This document shows, piece by piece, positions 10,272 to 20,460 of a stretch of 64,000 nt of DNA. Location: UHGV virus genome UHGV-0277504; one strand, given 5' to 3'. Under the pieces are notes generated by a model. The model had not been told where the DNA came from, searched no databases, and saw only the letters and a program-made list of their open reading frames with translations. A program made the position numbers and the translations under genes. The DNA is from a virus. Position 1 is the stretch's first letter; the number at the start of each line of letters is the position of its first letter.

Positions 10272-10733
10272 TCACCTCTTAATAATTTTTAAACTCTCAT
10301 CGTAATAACTTAAATCTAATGTTTTATGACTATCATGTGTTTTATTATAATACACTGTAATTATCTTACCTGTTTGAATTTCTATTACACAGTATTGATA
10401 ACATACTTGATTTTCCACTGTGACAATTTCTGGATGTCTAACTAATACTCTTTTATATGTATTTTCACCTAAGACTGTTTCATTATATTCTATAATATTA
10501 TCTAAATTAAAACTATCTGAATAAATCATACCTTTTAATTTTCCTAAGTTAAGGAATGTTTTAAGTTTATCTTTAGTGTGTTTTGTTAAAATGAACTTAT
10601 CATTAATCATCAAAGAATACTGTAATAAATTTTTACAATGAAGTAATTCTAATGTTGTCATTTGATTTATATGTTTCTTTTTTTGTCTACTTTTACAAGT
10701 TGTTCTTCTTTCTGAATAAAATGTTTTACCCAT
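10272..10733 (-). CDS. hypothetical protein
   Basis: 153-aa ORF. Confidence 0.5.
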   Translation of the reverse strand: MGKTFYSERRTTCKSRQKKKHINQMTTLELLHCKNLLQYSLMINDKFILTKHTKDKLKTFLNLGKLKGMIYSDSFNLDNIIEYNETVLGENTYKRVLVRHPEIVTVENQVCYQYCVIEIQTGKIITVYYNKTHDSHKTLDLSYYDESLKIIKR

Positions 10734-10840
10734 TAATAATCATCTCTTTTCTTATGTTTTCTTTTTCTAGTATATTTAGTCTTATCTTTTTTAACTTGAG
10801 TATATGGTTTTATATGCCATGTTGCTCTTGTCTTACTCAT
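10733..10840 (-). CDS. small basic peptide (35 aa, MSKTRATWHIKPYTQVKKDK...)
   Basis: ATG at 10840; stop overlaps the start of the next gene (TAATGG); not in the ORF track (below length cutoff). Confidence 0.3.
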   Translation of the reverse strand: MSKTRATWHIKPYTQVKKDKTKYTRKRKHKKRDDY

Positions 10841-10856
10841 CTTACCAATACTTTTT

Positions 10857-11015
10857 CTATTTGTCAATATATTTCTTCCTTTCTTTTTGTAAATCTTTTT
10901 TTAATTCTGTTCTTGATTTACGTTTCATTATTTTCTTAAATTTACCTTTAATTATAGGATAATCATAATAATGAAACATATTATAACCTTTAATTTTTGC
11001 TTGTCTATTATTCAT
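10857..11015 (-). CDS. small basic peptide (52 aa, MNNRQAKIKGYNMFHYYDYP...)
   Basis: Strong SD AAGGAGAG 6 nt before ATG at 11015; follows the hairpin terminator AACCCTTGACAATAATCAAGGGTT of the upstream endonuclease gene. Confidence 0.35.
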   Translation of the reverse strand: MNNRQAKIKGYNMFHYYDYPIIKGKFKKIMKRKSRTELKKDLQKERKKYIDK

Positions 11016-11076
11016 GTATTTCTCTCCTTAATTATAATTTAACCCTTGATTATTGTCAAGGGTTATTTGTTATTTG

Positions 11077-12027
11077 TTATTTGTTTTTAAACTTTCTTTT
11101 TAAATTTTTACCTATAGAACTTACTAAATTCTTAACATCATTTAAAGTTATATTAAAATAATTGCTAATTTCATATTTATCCATATATTGATATTTTTCA
11201 ATAAAATCATCAATATCTATCTCTAGTCCATTATAAAATGTAAACACACTAGGTCTTTTTGAAACTATCCCTAATCTATTTAATTTATTAAAAATCTCTA
11301 GTACAGTATCTTTATACGTAAATATAATAAGTTGTATACCATTTTCTTTACAGTAATCTTCTTTTTTAGTATCCCATTCCTTTTGTTTTTCTTTTGTAGT
11401 GTTTCTATAGTCTCTATAATGTTGCTGTCCGTTATATTCTATACAATACTCCATTCCTTTATGTTTAATATAAAAATCCATTCTCTGATTTGAATTTTTT
11501 AAGAGGTACTCTCTTTCATATACTGTACCATTGTAATCTAGTATATCTTTAATTATCTTCTCTCCTATAGATAATTTATATCCATTATTCTTTTTATTTC
11601 TAATAGTCTTTATATAGTCTATATAGCTAATAGCGTTTAATACAGTTAATTTCTCTTCTTCTGTAGCTTCTCTAACAGTATATCCTTTTGCAGTAGTTCT
11701 TGGAAACCCATCCCTATGCCCTCTTGACACGTTTATCAATTCTGACTTACTGATACCATATAAATTTTGTATCATTTCCATAGGTAACTTTATAACTTCA
11801 TTACCTTTAGTTAATACATATACCTTTATGCGTTTATCAGTAATTGTTTTTGCTTTTTCACTAAAATCAGAATCTTCGTACCTAAACAACCATCCTTTAG
11901 TAGATTTTATTTTACCTTCTAAACACCTATTAACCGTACCCGTATTACCTACTAAATTTTGTGCTTCTTTTACACTAATGAATTCTTTACTTTCTCCTGT
12001 TTTAGTGTTTAAACCTATAATTTTCAT
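11077..12027 (-). CDS. free-standing homing-endonuclease-like protein (N-terminal DNA-binding modules + C-terminal DUF559/Vsr-like nuclease motif)
   Basis: C-terminus has the DFY..IEYNGQQH motif shared with the three other paralogs in the window. Real start is probably MKIIGLN (12027), preceded by AAAGGAGG. Sits next to intron-containing tail tube region. Confidence 0.6.
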   Translation of the reverse strand: MKIIGLNTKTGESKEFISVKEAQNLVGNTGTVNRCLEGKIKSTKGWLFRYEDSDFSEKAKTITDKRIKVYVLTKGNEVIKLPMEMIQNLYGISKSELINVSRGHRDGFPRTTAKGYTVREATEEEKLTVLNAISYIDYIKTIRNKKNNGYKLSIGEKIIKDILDYNGTVYEREYLLKNSNQRMDFYIKHKGMEYCIEYNGQQHYRDYRNTTKEKQKEWDTKKEDYCKENGIQLIIFTYKDTVLEIFNKLNRLGIVSKRPSVFTFYNGLEIDIDDFIEKYQYMDKYEISNYFNITLNDVKNLVSSIGKNLKRKFKNK

Positions 12028-12097
12028 TATATATCCTCCTTTATTTTTATCTTTAAATAAATTATACCATGTCATTAGTGTTTTGTCAAATTAAAAA

Positions 12098-12125
12098 AGA
12101 CCTGAGATAACTCAGGTCTTATAAT
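12098..12125 (-). terminator. rho-independent terminator after tail tube/intron region
   Basis: Minus strand AAGACCUGAG-UUAUC-UCAGGUCUUUUUU. Confidence 0.6.
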
Positions 12126-12127
12126 CG

Positions 12128-12833
12128 AATTAAGCTTTGTCACTTGCTGTCCTTTGTACCCTATCTCTCGATATATTTTAAAGGGAGTAGACTATACCAT
12201 AATCTTTAATGTAATTTAAAGACTCACCTATTATAGTCGTTGAAGCTTCCCACTTTGTAGGCTTGCCTGCGTATCATCTATTGCTTTAAGTACTTAGGAT
12301 TTAACCTTATACCATACTAGATATTTTTTCTGATTTCTCAACCTTCAAGCTTATCTTTTAGGATTACTTTGTAGTTATCTAGTCTTTAAGACTTTCACGC
12401 AATTTAAGGTGTTTTCTATGCTTGTCACCAAACATAGCCTCTATAAATTAAAGGTAGCTAAATTCAATTTCTTCTGTTACGATTTCGTTTGTACGCCCTT
12501 TTATACCGTTGGTTTCCCAATACTTTAACACTTTTTTATTAGTCGGAATAGACTATACCATAATCTTTAATGTAATTTAAAGACTCACCTATTATAGTCG
12601 TTGAACCTTCTTCTTATCTTTAGACTTAGAAGCTTGGATGCTGATTACCTATTACTTAGTCACTTAGTACCTTCTGTTTAAGGCTTTTATCTCAACATAT
12701 GACATCTAATCAATTTTTTCTACTTTCGTAACCTTCACATTTACCTTTTCAAGTTTTGTTGTGGTTTGATTAGCTTTAAGGTTTTCCAGCAATTTAAGGT
12801 GTTATTCGATTATCTATTACTAGATAAAAGGAG
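12128..12833 (-). ncRNA. two tandem group I intron-like elements (plus candidate micro-exon) downstream of tail tube exon 1
   Basis: Two copies (approx 12815-12490 and 12425-12130) share UUCAACGACUAUAAUAGGUGAGUCUUUAAAUUACAUUAAAGAUUAUGGUAUAGUCUA (P7-P8-P7'). Both open with an ACACCUUAAAUUGC box. Copy A has P2-like UUAUCUAGUAAUAGAUAAUCGAAUAAC and a GUUACGAAAGUAGAAAAAAUUGAUUAGAUGU core. Confidence 0.6.
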
Positions 12834-13202
12834 CTATATTTTTTCTAACTCTTCATTGTAGTTATTAGCACTACAGCCATGGTAACTGATAATCACTTGT
12901 TTAGTTAAATTATCAATAACAAGAATGTCGATAATATCTTTCTTAAGAATTTCTTCACCTAGTGAAGCATATCCTAATTTTGCAAAGTTTTCTTTTTTCA
13001 TACGTAAACGTTCTACTGTTAACGTACCTTCATATTTTAAGTAAACGTGTTCTTGTGGCATGATTGAACCAATTTCATACACACCAGTAGTTCCGTATTC
13101 ACGTCTACCACTTGCTGATTGTGCTCTTCCTACTGGTTTACCTTTAATATACAACAATACGGTATTACCAGTATGGACTGTTTGTTTAGCTTGTGATGCC
13201 AT
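12834..13202 (-). CDS. tail tube protein (probably exon 1 of an intron-interrupted gene)
   Basis: 122 aa directly after the sheath gene; ORF stop lies at the beginning of the intron-like sequence. Confidence 0.7.
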   Translation of the reverse strand: MASQAKQTVHTGNTVLLYIKGKPVGRAQSASGRREYGTTGVYEIGSIMPQEHVYLKYEGTLTVERLRMKKENFAKLGYASLGEEILKKDIIDILVIDNLTKQVIISYHGCSANNYNEELEKI

Positions 13203-13261
13203 TTAATTCACTCTCCTATATTTTATATAGAGGAGCCATTAGGCTCCTCAATAGAGCCTAA

Positions 13262-15046
13262 TTAGGCTTGTAATGCTTGTTGTTTATAAACAAGACTTAC
13301 AGAAATTTTCTTAATGCTTCTGATAGGGTAAATAGTTAATGAGATTCTAGCTTCTTTACCTTCGATAATAACTTGTACATCTTCTGGTGGGAAGTCTTGA
13401 ATTTCATTGTCACGTTTCTTACGTTCTAGGTAAGAGATTACAAAGTCTTTCATAATTGAAGCACTTGTATTAATTGTTCGTGTACCAATGAACTCATCTT
13501 CTAATTCTCTCTTCAATTCAGAAACTAAGAAGTCATTAGCTTCCCCTACAGCCATTTCTGACTTAATAGGGTCAGACATGTCATTGTAAGTAGTTACGTC
13601 TTCTACAATACGGAAGTTTGTAACAGTTCTATTACGAACAAACTCGATACTAATAATACCATTTTCATTTAATTCATCAAGGTCAGTAGAATCATAAATG
13701 TTATCTAAACCATTGACATGCAAGTGTTTAAATGTAATTGATTCTCCGATACCTAAACCTGAAGCTAGACCTGCTACAGCACTTGCTACCATGTAAGCTG
13801 GTGCATGCAATTTACGACCATTTTCCATACCTAAAGTAGCACTGTTAGCGATTAGAGATACTCGAGGATTCATTAATGAAGAAGCTCTTCCATAAAGTTT
13901 TTCTTTATGTTCTGCTATTCCTCCACCTACTATAGCTCTCATAGGTTCCCCTGCATCTGAACGTTCTCTAACAAAGTGAGCTACTTCTGCATGTACAGAT
14001 TCACGAGAAGATAATGGTACGATATAGTATCCACCTAAGTGAGCAAATTTCTCGAATTTATCAGCCCAGCTTGTAGGCTCTTCTCCGTTAGTACCACCTT
14101 CAAGTTTAGTTAACTCGAAAGGTTCAATAGTTTTAAATTTTGCACCTTCTTCTGTTGTTGCTGTTACTGTGGCATTGTCTTCTCCAGCATCTACTGTTAC
14201 ATCACTTGAATTAGATACGTCTTCTGGTACTCGTTCAAAATGAATTAAACCATTATATTCAGTTTGTTTTTGTAAGTCACCAAAAATAGCTGTTACATAA
14301 GCACCTTTATCTGTAACATCTAAATCTTCTACTGGGTCAAGTAATGTACTTTCAATGTTTTTATCTCCAAAAGGTGATAACTTAGCTTCAAAGTCTGGTA
14401 GTTGATTAATATCTGTAATAACTTCGTTAGTGTATTTATATAAACCACCACTTAAGTCATACGATTTAACAACATTATCTCCAACTTTTAATACTAGACT
14501 TTCAGCTTTTTGTGTTTCATCATCATGGATTACAGAAACAGTAGCTTTAGGCTCTTCACCAGTATATTTAACTGTAAAGATATTACCAATGTTGTCATAA
14601 ACTTCATTAAATCTGTCGTTTTCAAAAATCAAACGCAAACGTAATGATTTACTTAAGTTGTTTTTCTCTAGAGCTACTTGAATATTATTAGACGCATTAC
14701 CGTAAATATCTGATACGATACGTAAACCGCCTTTTTCAACAGATGCTGGTTTAGCGTCTTCTACACGCATTGCAAAAATTTGACCTGCTGTGTAGTTAGG
14801 ATTAGAACCCCAAGCTAATTCAATAGCGTCTAAAAGCTCACCTGAACGGAAAGTACGTTTTGCTTGTGAATAGTTACGTAATTTATAAACTTGGTTAGGT
14901 TCCCCGCCTTCAGCTTTACCAATTAACATTAAAGTTTTTTCACTGGCACTTGCTGAACCGCCGATACCTGATGAATCTACTTCAATAGTAGCATGAGGTC
15001 TCGTAATAGGTCTACGTGGGAATACTTCTTTATAATCATTTGCCAT
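13262..15046 (-). CDS. tail sheath protein
   Basis: 594 aa; size and position (after head-tail connector genes, before tube) match myovirus sheath proteins. Confidence 0.85.
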   Translation of the reverse strand: MANDYKEVFPRRPITRPHATIEVDSSGIGGSASASEKTLMLIGKAEGGEPNQVYKLRNYSQAKRTFRSGELLDAIELAWGSNPNYTAGQIFAMRVEDAKPASVEKGGLRIVSDIYGNASNNIQVALEKNNLSKSLRLRLIFENDRFNEVYDNIGNIFTVKYTGEEPKATVSVIHDDETQKAESLVLKVGDNVVKSYDLSGGLYKYTNEVITDINQLPDFEAKLSPFGDKNIESTLLDPVEDLDVTDKGAYVTAIFGDLQKQTEYNGLIHFERVPEDVSNSSDVTVDAGEDNATVTATTEEGAKFKTIEPFELTKLEGGTNGEEPTSWADKFEKFAHLGGYYIVPLSSRESVHAEVAHFVRERSDAGEPMRAIVGGGIAEHKEKLYGRASSLMNPRVSLIANSATLGMENGRKLHAPAYMVASAVAGLASGLGIGESITFKHLHVNGLDNIYDSTDLDELNENGIISIEFVRNRTVTNFRIVEDVTTYNDMSDPIKSEMAVGEANDFLVSELKRELEDEFIGTRTINTSASIMKDFVISYLERKKRDNEIQDFPPEDVQVIIEGKEARISLTIYPIRSIKKISVSLVYKQQALQA

Positions 15047-15065
15047 ATTCTAAATTCTCCTATCT

Positions 15066-15287
15066 TTAAATATCAAATTTCTTACCTGTATACTCTTCCA
15101 GGTAAGGTAAAAAATCTTCATCTTTATACTGGTAATGTTTACCATTCATATATGCTTTAAATCCTTCAGCTTGTCCTGGTGTTAAACCGAACATAACTTT
15201 AGCAATATCAATAAAAGTATCAATATGAATATAACCATTAAAAGATGATTTGTTATTTTTTTTAGTTGTTTTCCTTGCTTGTGCCAT
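15066..15287 (-). CDS. hypothetical structural-module protein
   Basis: 73 aa. Confidence 0.45.
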   Translation of the reverse strand: MAQARKTTKKNNKSSFNGYIHIDTFIDIAKVMFGLTPGQAEGFKAYMNGKHYQYKDEDFLPYLEEYTGKKFDI

Positions 15288-16119
15288 TACTTACAGCCCT
15301 CTCTTTAAAGGTTATCTTATTTATTTCTTGTGTTATTGTATAATCTAAATCAGAAGATGAAGTATAACTAATAATTGTAGGTCTTCCAAAAATATAATCA
15401 CTACCGTTATCAATAATTGGTGCTAAATCACCAAAACTTAACTTCTGTAGTTGAAATGTTTGTTGCTCTTCAATACTATCACGCATAGATATTAATATCA
15501 TTCTTAATACAGCATCCATACATCTAGCAACATCAACATTATATGATAATCCTACTACTGTAATACTTTCTTCTACATTCATACCTTTTACAATACCTTT
15601 AGTATCATCTGTTTTTTCAACGTAAGTAATTATAGCATTATACCCTTCATAATCTTCATTAAAGTTGTAATTAAAGTAGATTTTATTATCTTTAACTTTC
15701 ATATCATCATCTTTAGCAAATACTACATCATCTACATTAATTACTGAATGAATTGGATTACTTACTGTAAATACTAGCTTATCTCCTTCTCTTTGTGCTA
15801 CTGAATTCTCAACATAAGTATTATTACTATTTTCAAAATAACTACCTTGAACTCCACCAAGAGCTGTTCCTACTTCTTGTCCTTGCCCTAATTGGATAAG
15901 GTAGTGAGCTTCGTGATTAGTTTTAAATTCTGGAAAGTTATATCCTATAGTAATTTCATGTTGTGCATTTTTACCACAAAAAGATTCTATAAAGTTATTT
16001 CTAGCTTGCTCATCAAAGTCTTTTAAAACTTCATTTATAATATAACAATTGTCTAGCACTGTACGTAATCTAGGCTTAATTTCTTTTAATAAATATGAAT
16101 CTACTGATGATATAGCCAT
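15262..16119 (-). CDS. structural-module protein (tail terminator/neck-like position)
   Basis: 285 aa, between connector genes and sheath. Confidence 0.5.
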   Translation of the reverse strand: MAISSVDSYLLKEIKPRLRTVLDNCYIINEVLKDFDEQARNNFIESFCGKNAQHEITIGYNFPEFKTNHEAHYLIQLGQGQEVGTALGGVQGSYFENSNNTYVENSVAQREGDKLVFTVSNPIHSVINVDDVVFAKDDDMKVKDNKIYFNYNFNEDYEGYNAIITYVEKTDDTKGIVKGMNVEESITVVGLSYNVDVARCMDAVLRMILISMRDSIEEQQTFQLQKLSFGDLAPIIDNGSDYIFGRPTIISYTSSSDLDYTITQEINKITFKERAVSNGTSKENN

Positions 16120-16134
16120 TAATATACCTCCTTA

Positions 16135-16770
16135 CTATCTTATATTTCTCATTTTCCAGTTCATTAAGTTTTTAACGTTATTTAAAGTAGTTTTAGAAAA
16201 ATTATCACTATTTACTTTATCTCTGTTTAATACCCAAGCACTAGAAGGTGATTTACTTGATACTGTTCTGAATATAAAGTATGAAGCTTTCTTCTTAGGT
16301 TTACGTCTTACCTTAGTCATGTTATTACTAGGTGATTTAGGTTTCATTGACGGGTGAGTTATATTTCTACCTTTACTCACTGCTTGTAAATATGATGTTA
16401 AAGAACTAGCTGAACTTTTACCTGAAGGTATTTGTAACTTACGCATATCTTGATAAGTATCCCTGTTCATTCGACTGGTTTTTATACGTATTGGTACAAT
16501 CAAGTACCAGCCACCATTTTTAGTTCTTCTTTTTTTAGAAGATTTAGCAAAGGCTTTTTTTAAGTCTATTACTCCTTTTTCTTCTAATTTCTTTTCTGTC
16601 ACTTCTAAATAAGTAGGCATACGTTTGATATAAACATCATCTACTTGCTGTGCGGTTGCTTGTAGTTTATCGAGTATATCAGAACGCATTGAATCTATAG
16701 TCTTCCTACTTACCTGCTTACCATTCTTAAATATAGTAGGTTTTTTAGTAGCTTTTACTTTTTTAGCCAT
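16135..16770 (-). CDS. structural-module protein (head-tail joining region)
   Basis: 211 aa, basic. Confidence 0.5.
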   Translation of the reverse strand: MAKKVKATKKPTIFKNGKQVSRKTIDSMRSDILDKLQATAQQVDDVYIKRMPTYLEVTEKKLEEKGVIDLKKAFAKSSKKRRTKNGGWYLIVPIRIKTSRMNRDTYQDMRKLQIPSGKSSASSLTSYLQAVSKGRNITHPSMKPKSPSNNMTKVRRKPKKKASYFIFRTVSSKSPSSAWVLNRDKVNSDNFSKTTLNNVKNLMNWKMRNIR

Positions 16771-17645
16771 TATTTAAATGCTCCATTAAAGAATCCACCT
16801 AATGAACTTTGTCCTGATTTTGCTTTAGGGTCTTCAACTTGTAATTCAATATCTTCTTCTAAAGCATCATTAACTACATACGGGTCTGGTAGTACAATAA
16901 CGTCTTCACGTTTAAGAAGTAATTTTTGAGGTAAGTTTTCAAATCTCGGTTTTGATTCATTAAATGTTGTATATTGGTATCTACTTTCTTTTAAAATATC
17001 GGATACAACATATCTTAAAGTCATTAAAATATTTAATGAAACAGTTGAATTTTTAAATTGTTCATTTAAAAATAATCTACCATTCTCTATCTTATAATCA
17101 TTTTCATTTAATACTTTTTCTTGTGTAGTTATAAATGTTACTTCCTTAACGTCATAGTATAAAGGTATACCTTTTTTAATACGTTCACCATTTACAAAAT
17201 AAACTAATGATTGAGGCATTAACACTTCAGGTACTGTAAACCTATCTCTATAAGAAACTCTAGTTTCTAATTTTGTTGTTCCTATAGCTGTACCTGTATC
17301 TACTAAACCGATGTCTATATTTTGTGTTCCTTTCTCTTGTGATTGTATCATCATATGAGTTTCTTCTGCTGGTAAATATGCAATACCTTTGCCATGACAT
17401 CTAGGACAATCTAGTCTAGGAGAACCTGTCTCTGGGTTTAGACAAGTACAAAAATATGCACGCTCCCACAAGACTTTAATACCTCTATCTTTTGTAAATC
17501 TTCTCATATCTTTGGTATCAAATTCTAATCTTGCTGTTTTATTTTCTTTCTCTACTTGGTCTACTTCACCTGAGTAAGCATAAGAAGTAGACTTATTGAA
17601 TACATTTCCGTTAAATCCTTGGCTAATCATATATGGTTTTTCCAA
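16770..17645 (-). CDS. structural-module protein (head-tail connector region)
   Basis: 291 aa; contains CxxC…CxxC. Confidence 0.5.
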   Translation of the reverse strand: MEKPYMISQGFNGNVFNKSTSYAYSGEVDQVEKENKTARLEFDTKDMRRFTKDRGIKVLWERAYFCTCLNPETGSPRLDCPRCHGKGIAYLPAEETHMMIQSQEKGTQNIDIGLVDTGTAIGTTKLETRVSYRDRFTVPEVLMPQSLVYFVNGERIKKGIPLYYDVKEVTFITTQEKVLNENDYKIENGRLFLNEQFKNSTVSLNILMTLRYVVSDILKESRYQYTTFNESKPRFENLPQKLLLKREDVIVLPDPYVVNDALEEDIELQVEDPKAKSGQSSLGGFFNGAFK

Positions 17646-17658
17646 TTAAATCCACTCC

Positions 17659-18567
17659 TTAAACACCTATCATATTAGTTCCAAAATAAGAACGTAAAGC
17701 GTCTAATAACTCTTTTATATCTGAATCTATTTGAATTATCTGAGCACTAGCTCCACCATACATAGCTGATTGTGTAGTACCTATAGTCTCAGAAATTCCG
17801 TCTATTTCTAATGATTTATTTGCTATTCCTGCACCAATAATTAAGTTACCCCATACTTGGTAAATCTCTTTTAATGCATACTTAACAACTAATTGCTCTA
17901 GCTCTGGTGGTATCTCCCAAGGTTTAGTTCTACCTGCTCGTTTACGAGGTAGCATACCTGATATATAATCAAGTTTTATCATTTGTGGAGCAAAAGTAGC
18001 ACCACTAGGAGGATATACACCTGCCAATTGAGGATACCCACTAAATACAGCATCATAACTCATAGATTGTCCTGTCTGCATTAAAGCTGTAGGAAATAAT
18101 TGAACATGTCCTGCTAAGTGTTCTACTTTCCACCAGTTAGCTGGGTATTGATATATTGGTCTACCATTAAATTGTAATTGTAAATTCTCTACTTGTAATA
18201 TTGGTTTCTTATAAGCATGTACAAACATATAACTATTAAATTCTGTCTCATAGTAATCTCTAGACTCATTTTGAATATCTGGTAATATAGATATATCTAA
18301 TATATGCTCTGCTTTACTTATTGCTCTTTCTAAAATATGATAATAAAATTCATCACCCATAGGTTGTCCTGTATCAGGATTCTGTACAGTTATACCAAAC
18401 ATATAAGCTTTAACAGCATCAGGAGTCCATCCATAATCTGCTATAGTTATATTATCAATCTCACTTACATCAATATGTTTAGGATTACCTGCTGGGTGGT
18501 AAGGGTACTCATAATTCATAGAGCCTTCATAAGGGTCTAAACCCCCTCCAAACATTGAGTTTACCAT
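17659..18567 (-). CDS. structural-module protein (capsid/connector-associated)
   Basis: 302 aa, downstream of the major capsid gene. Confidence 0.5.
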   Translation of the reverse strand: MVNSMFGGGLDPYEGSMNYEYPYHPAGNPKHIDVSEIDNITIADYGWTPDAVKAYMFGITVQNPDTGQPMGDEFYYHILERAISKAEHILDISILPDIQNESRDYYETEFNSYMFVHAYKKPILQVENLQLQFNGRPIYQYPANWWKVEHLAGHVQLFPTALMQTGQSMSYDAVFSGYPQLAGVYPPSGATFAPQMIKLDYISGMLPRKRAGRTKPWEIPPELEQLVVKYALKEIYQVWGNLIIGAGIANKSLEIDGISETIGTTQSAMYGGASAQIIQIDSDIKELLDALRSYFGTNMIGV

Positions 18568-18576
18568 ATTATCACC

Positions 18577-18843
18577 TTACTTATTTTCTGATTTTTTAGT
18601 TGTTGTTTTACGTGTGCTTGTTTTTCTTGTAGTTGTTTTAGGTTTAGTATCTTCTTTTTTAGATTCTTCTTTAGTTTCTTTCTTAGGTTGTGATTTTTTA
18701 TCTTCAGTATAAGTGAAACCATTTAAATTAGCAAATTCTTTTTCTTGTTCTTTAGTTAAACCATTTACTTTACCTTTATCATCAATTGTAACTTTTCCAT
18801 ATGGAGTTGCCATTTCAATATTAGTTTTTGTATAATTAAGCAT
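18577..18843 (-). CDS. hypothetical protein with K/T-rich basic tail
   Basis: 88 aa. Confidence 0.45.
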   Translation of the reverse strand: MLNYTKTNIEMATPYGKVTIDDKGKVNGLTKEQEKEFANLNGFTYTEDKKSQPKKETKEESKKEDTKPKTTTRKTSTRKTTTKKSENK

Positions 18844-18942
18844 AGATTTTAATTTCCTTTCATGTTATAATAAAAAAAGAGGATAAACAAAGTTTACCCT
18901 CTATAAAATTTTATTAAATTTTTCTTATTTTACTAAGCTATC

Positions 18943-20334
18943 TTAGTATGCAATATATTTAACGTTTTTGATACGAGCCCATTTTTTAGGAGCACGTAAT
19001 GCCAATGCACCATACCATAATACAGCAAATGTAATTGAAGCATTAATTTGTGCTAATGGTAATTTCATCATTGGTAGTAATTCGAATAAGTGAATTACTT
19101 GTGGAGACATTTCACCAACAAATACGTCTGCTGTTTCTGGTAATGTTTCGTTAAGGTCTAAGAATTCTAATTTGCCTTCTTCATTAACGTCTTTCAATGG
19201 AATACGTTTGATTAAGTAGAATTGACCTGTTACTTTACCTTGACGGTATACAGAAACGAATTGTGGTTGTTGTTGATACATAGAGTTTACAGAGATTGTT
19301 AATTTAACAGCGTCTGTAGCATCTGTTACAGTAGCTTCTACTGCTTCTGAAGGAGCTGATTGAGCTTCATCAGAGTTAACTACAACTTTGTAAACTAAAC
19401 CAGAACGGTCTTCCTCTTTAATAAATTTACCTTTTTTACCTTTTTCTACTGTAGCTTCTACTTTAGCTGGTTGTGGAGCGTTTGGTAATGGTTGTAAACC
19501 TTCATCTAAGATTAATTCATTTTCCATTACTGTAGAACCGTGTAAACGGATAAATCCACGAGCTGAATAGAAACCTTGCACACTGTATCCAGTGTTAACG
19601 TTACCGTTATTATCTTGCATTAATTGTACTTGGCGACCTAAAATATTATTAACAAAGTCAGCGTGTACACCAATAGGCATGTAAGCATCTGTAGCTGTAC
19701 CAAAGCCTTTACCGATACGTACTGAAGCTTCGTTTAATGTTTTCTCATCTAATGATTCACCATGAGCGTCAATTACGTTATCTTTATCAATTAATTTAGC
19801 TAATCCGTCAAATTCAAGACCTTCTCCACCTGGTTCTGAAGTTAATGAAGCATCACCATAGAATGAAGCCCACTCAATTGTTTTAGCAACAACTGCGATA
19901 GCATCTTCTGTTAAGATTTGTGCTGGGTCTTGAATGTTGTTAACTAAACCACTAGCAATTGACATGTTTTTAGTATCAGAAACGTATTTCATTGATACTG
20001 TTCTTTGACGAATGTTAGGGTCACTTACTGGTGCTACCCCTACTTCACGAACAAAACGTGAATGTCCTACATTACCGTGACGTAAATAAACATCGTATTT
20101 AACTACTGTTGATTCAGCTGGTCTACGTGCAATATCACGATAGAAAATCAAATCATCATTAGTCCATGTTAACATAGAGATTTGGTCGTCTAAAATTTCT
20201 CGTCTTAAAGCTCCTGCATCAATTTGTGTTTCAGGAGTAATACCGTGTCCTGTTTGGAACGATTTAACTACTTCTTCTTGGAACGCATCAGCATATTGGT
20301 TTTGCTGAGCATTTAATTTTTTTCCGTTAGCCAT
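18943..20334 (-). CDS. major capsid protein (HK97-fold)
   Basis: 463 aa; size and position identical to Twort-like major capsid protein; N-terminal region shares a 20-aa motif with the prohead protease. Confidence 0.85.
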   Translation of the reverse strand: MANGKKLNAQQNQYADAFQEEVVKSFQTGHGITPETQIDAGALRREILDDQISMLTWTNDDLIFYRDIARRPAESTVVKYDVYLRHGNVGHSRFVREVGVAPVSDPNIRQRTVSMKYVSDTKNMSIASGLVNNIQDPAQILTEDAIAVVAKTIEWASFYGDASLTSEPGGEGLEFDGLAKLIDKDNVIDAHGESLDEKTLNEASVRIGKGFGTATDAYMPIGVHADFVNNILGRQVQLMQDNNGNVNTGYSVQGFYSARGFIRLHGSTVMENELILDEGLQPLPNAPQPAKVEATVEKGKKGKFIKEEDRSGLVYKVVVNSDEAQSAPSEAVEATVTDATDAVKLTISVNSMYQQQPQFVSVYRQGKVTGQFYLIKRIPLKDVNEEGKLEFLDLNETLPETADVFVGEMSPQVIHLFELLPMMKLPLAQINASITFAVLWYGALALRAPKKWARIKNVKYIAY

Positions 20335-20460
20335 AAAAGTTAATCACCTTTCATCTTTTATTATATAAGGTAGGAAGTAGGGTGATTAACCCCTAAATCC
20401 TTTTAGTTTTTTTATTTATTAATTACATTGTATAATATAACACAATTTTGTATACTTTTA

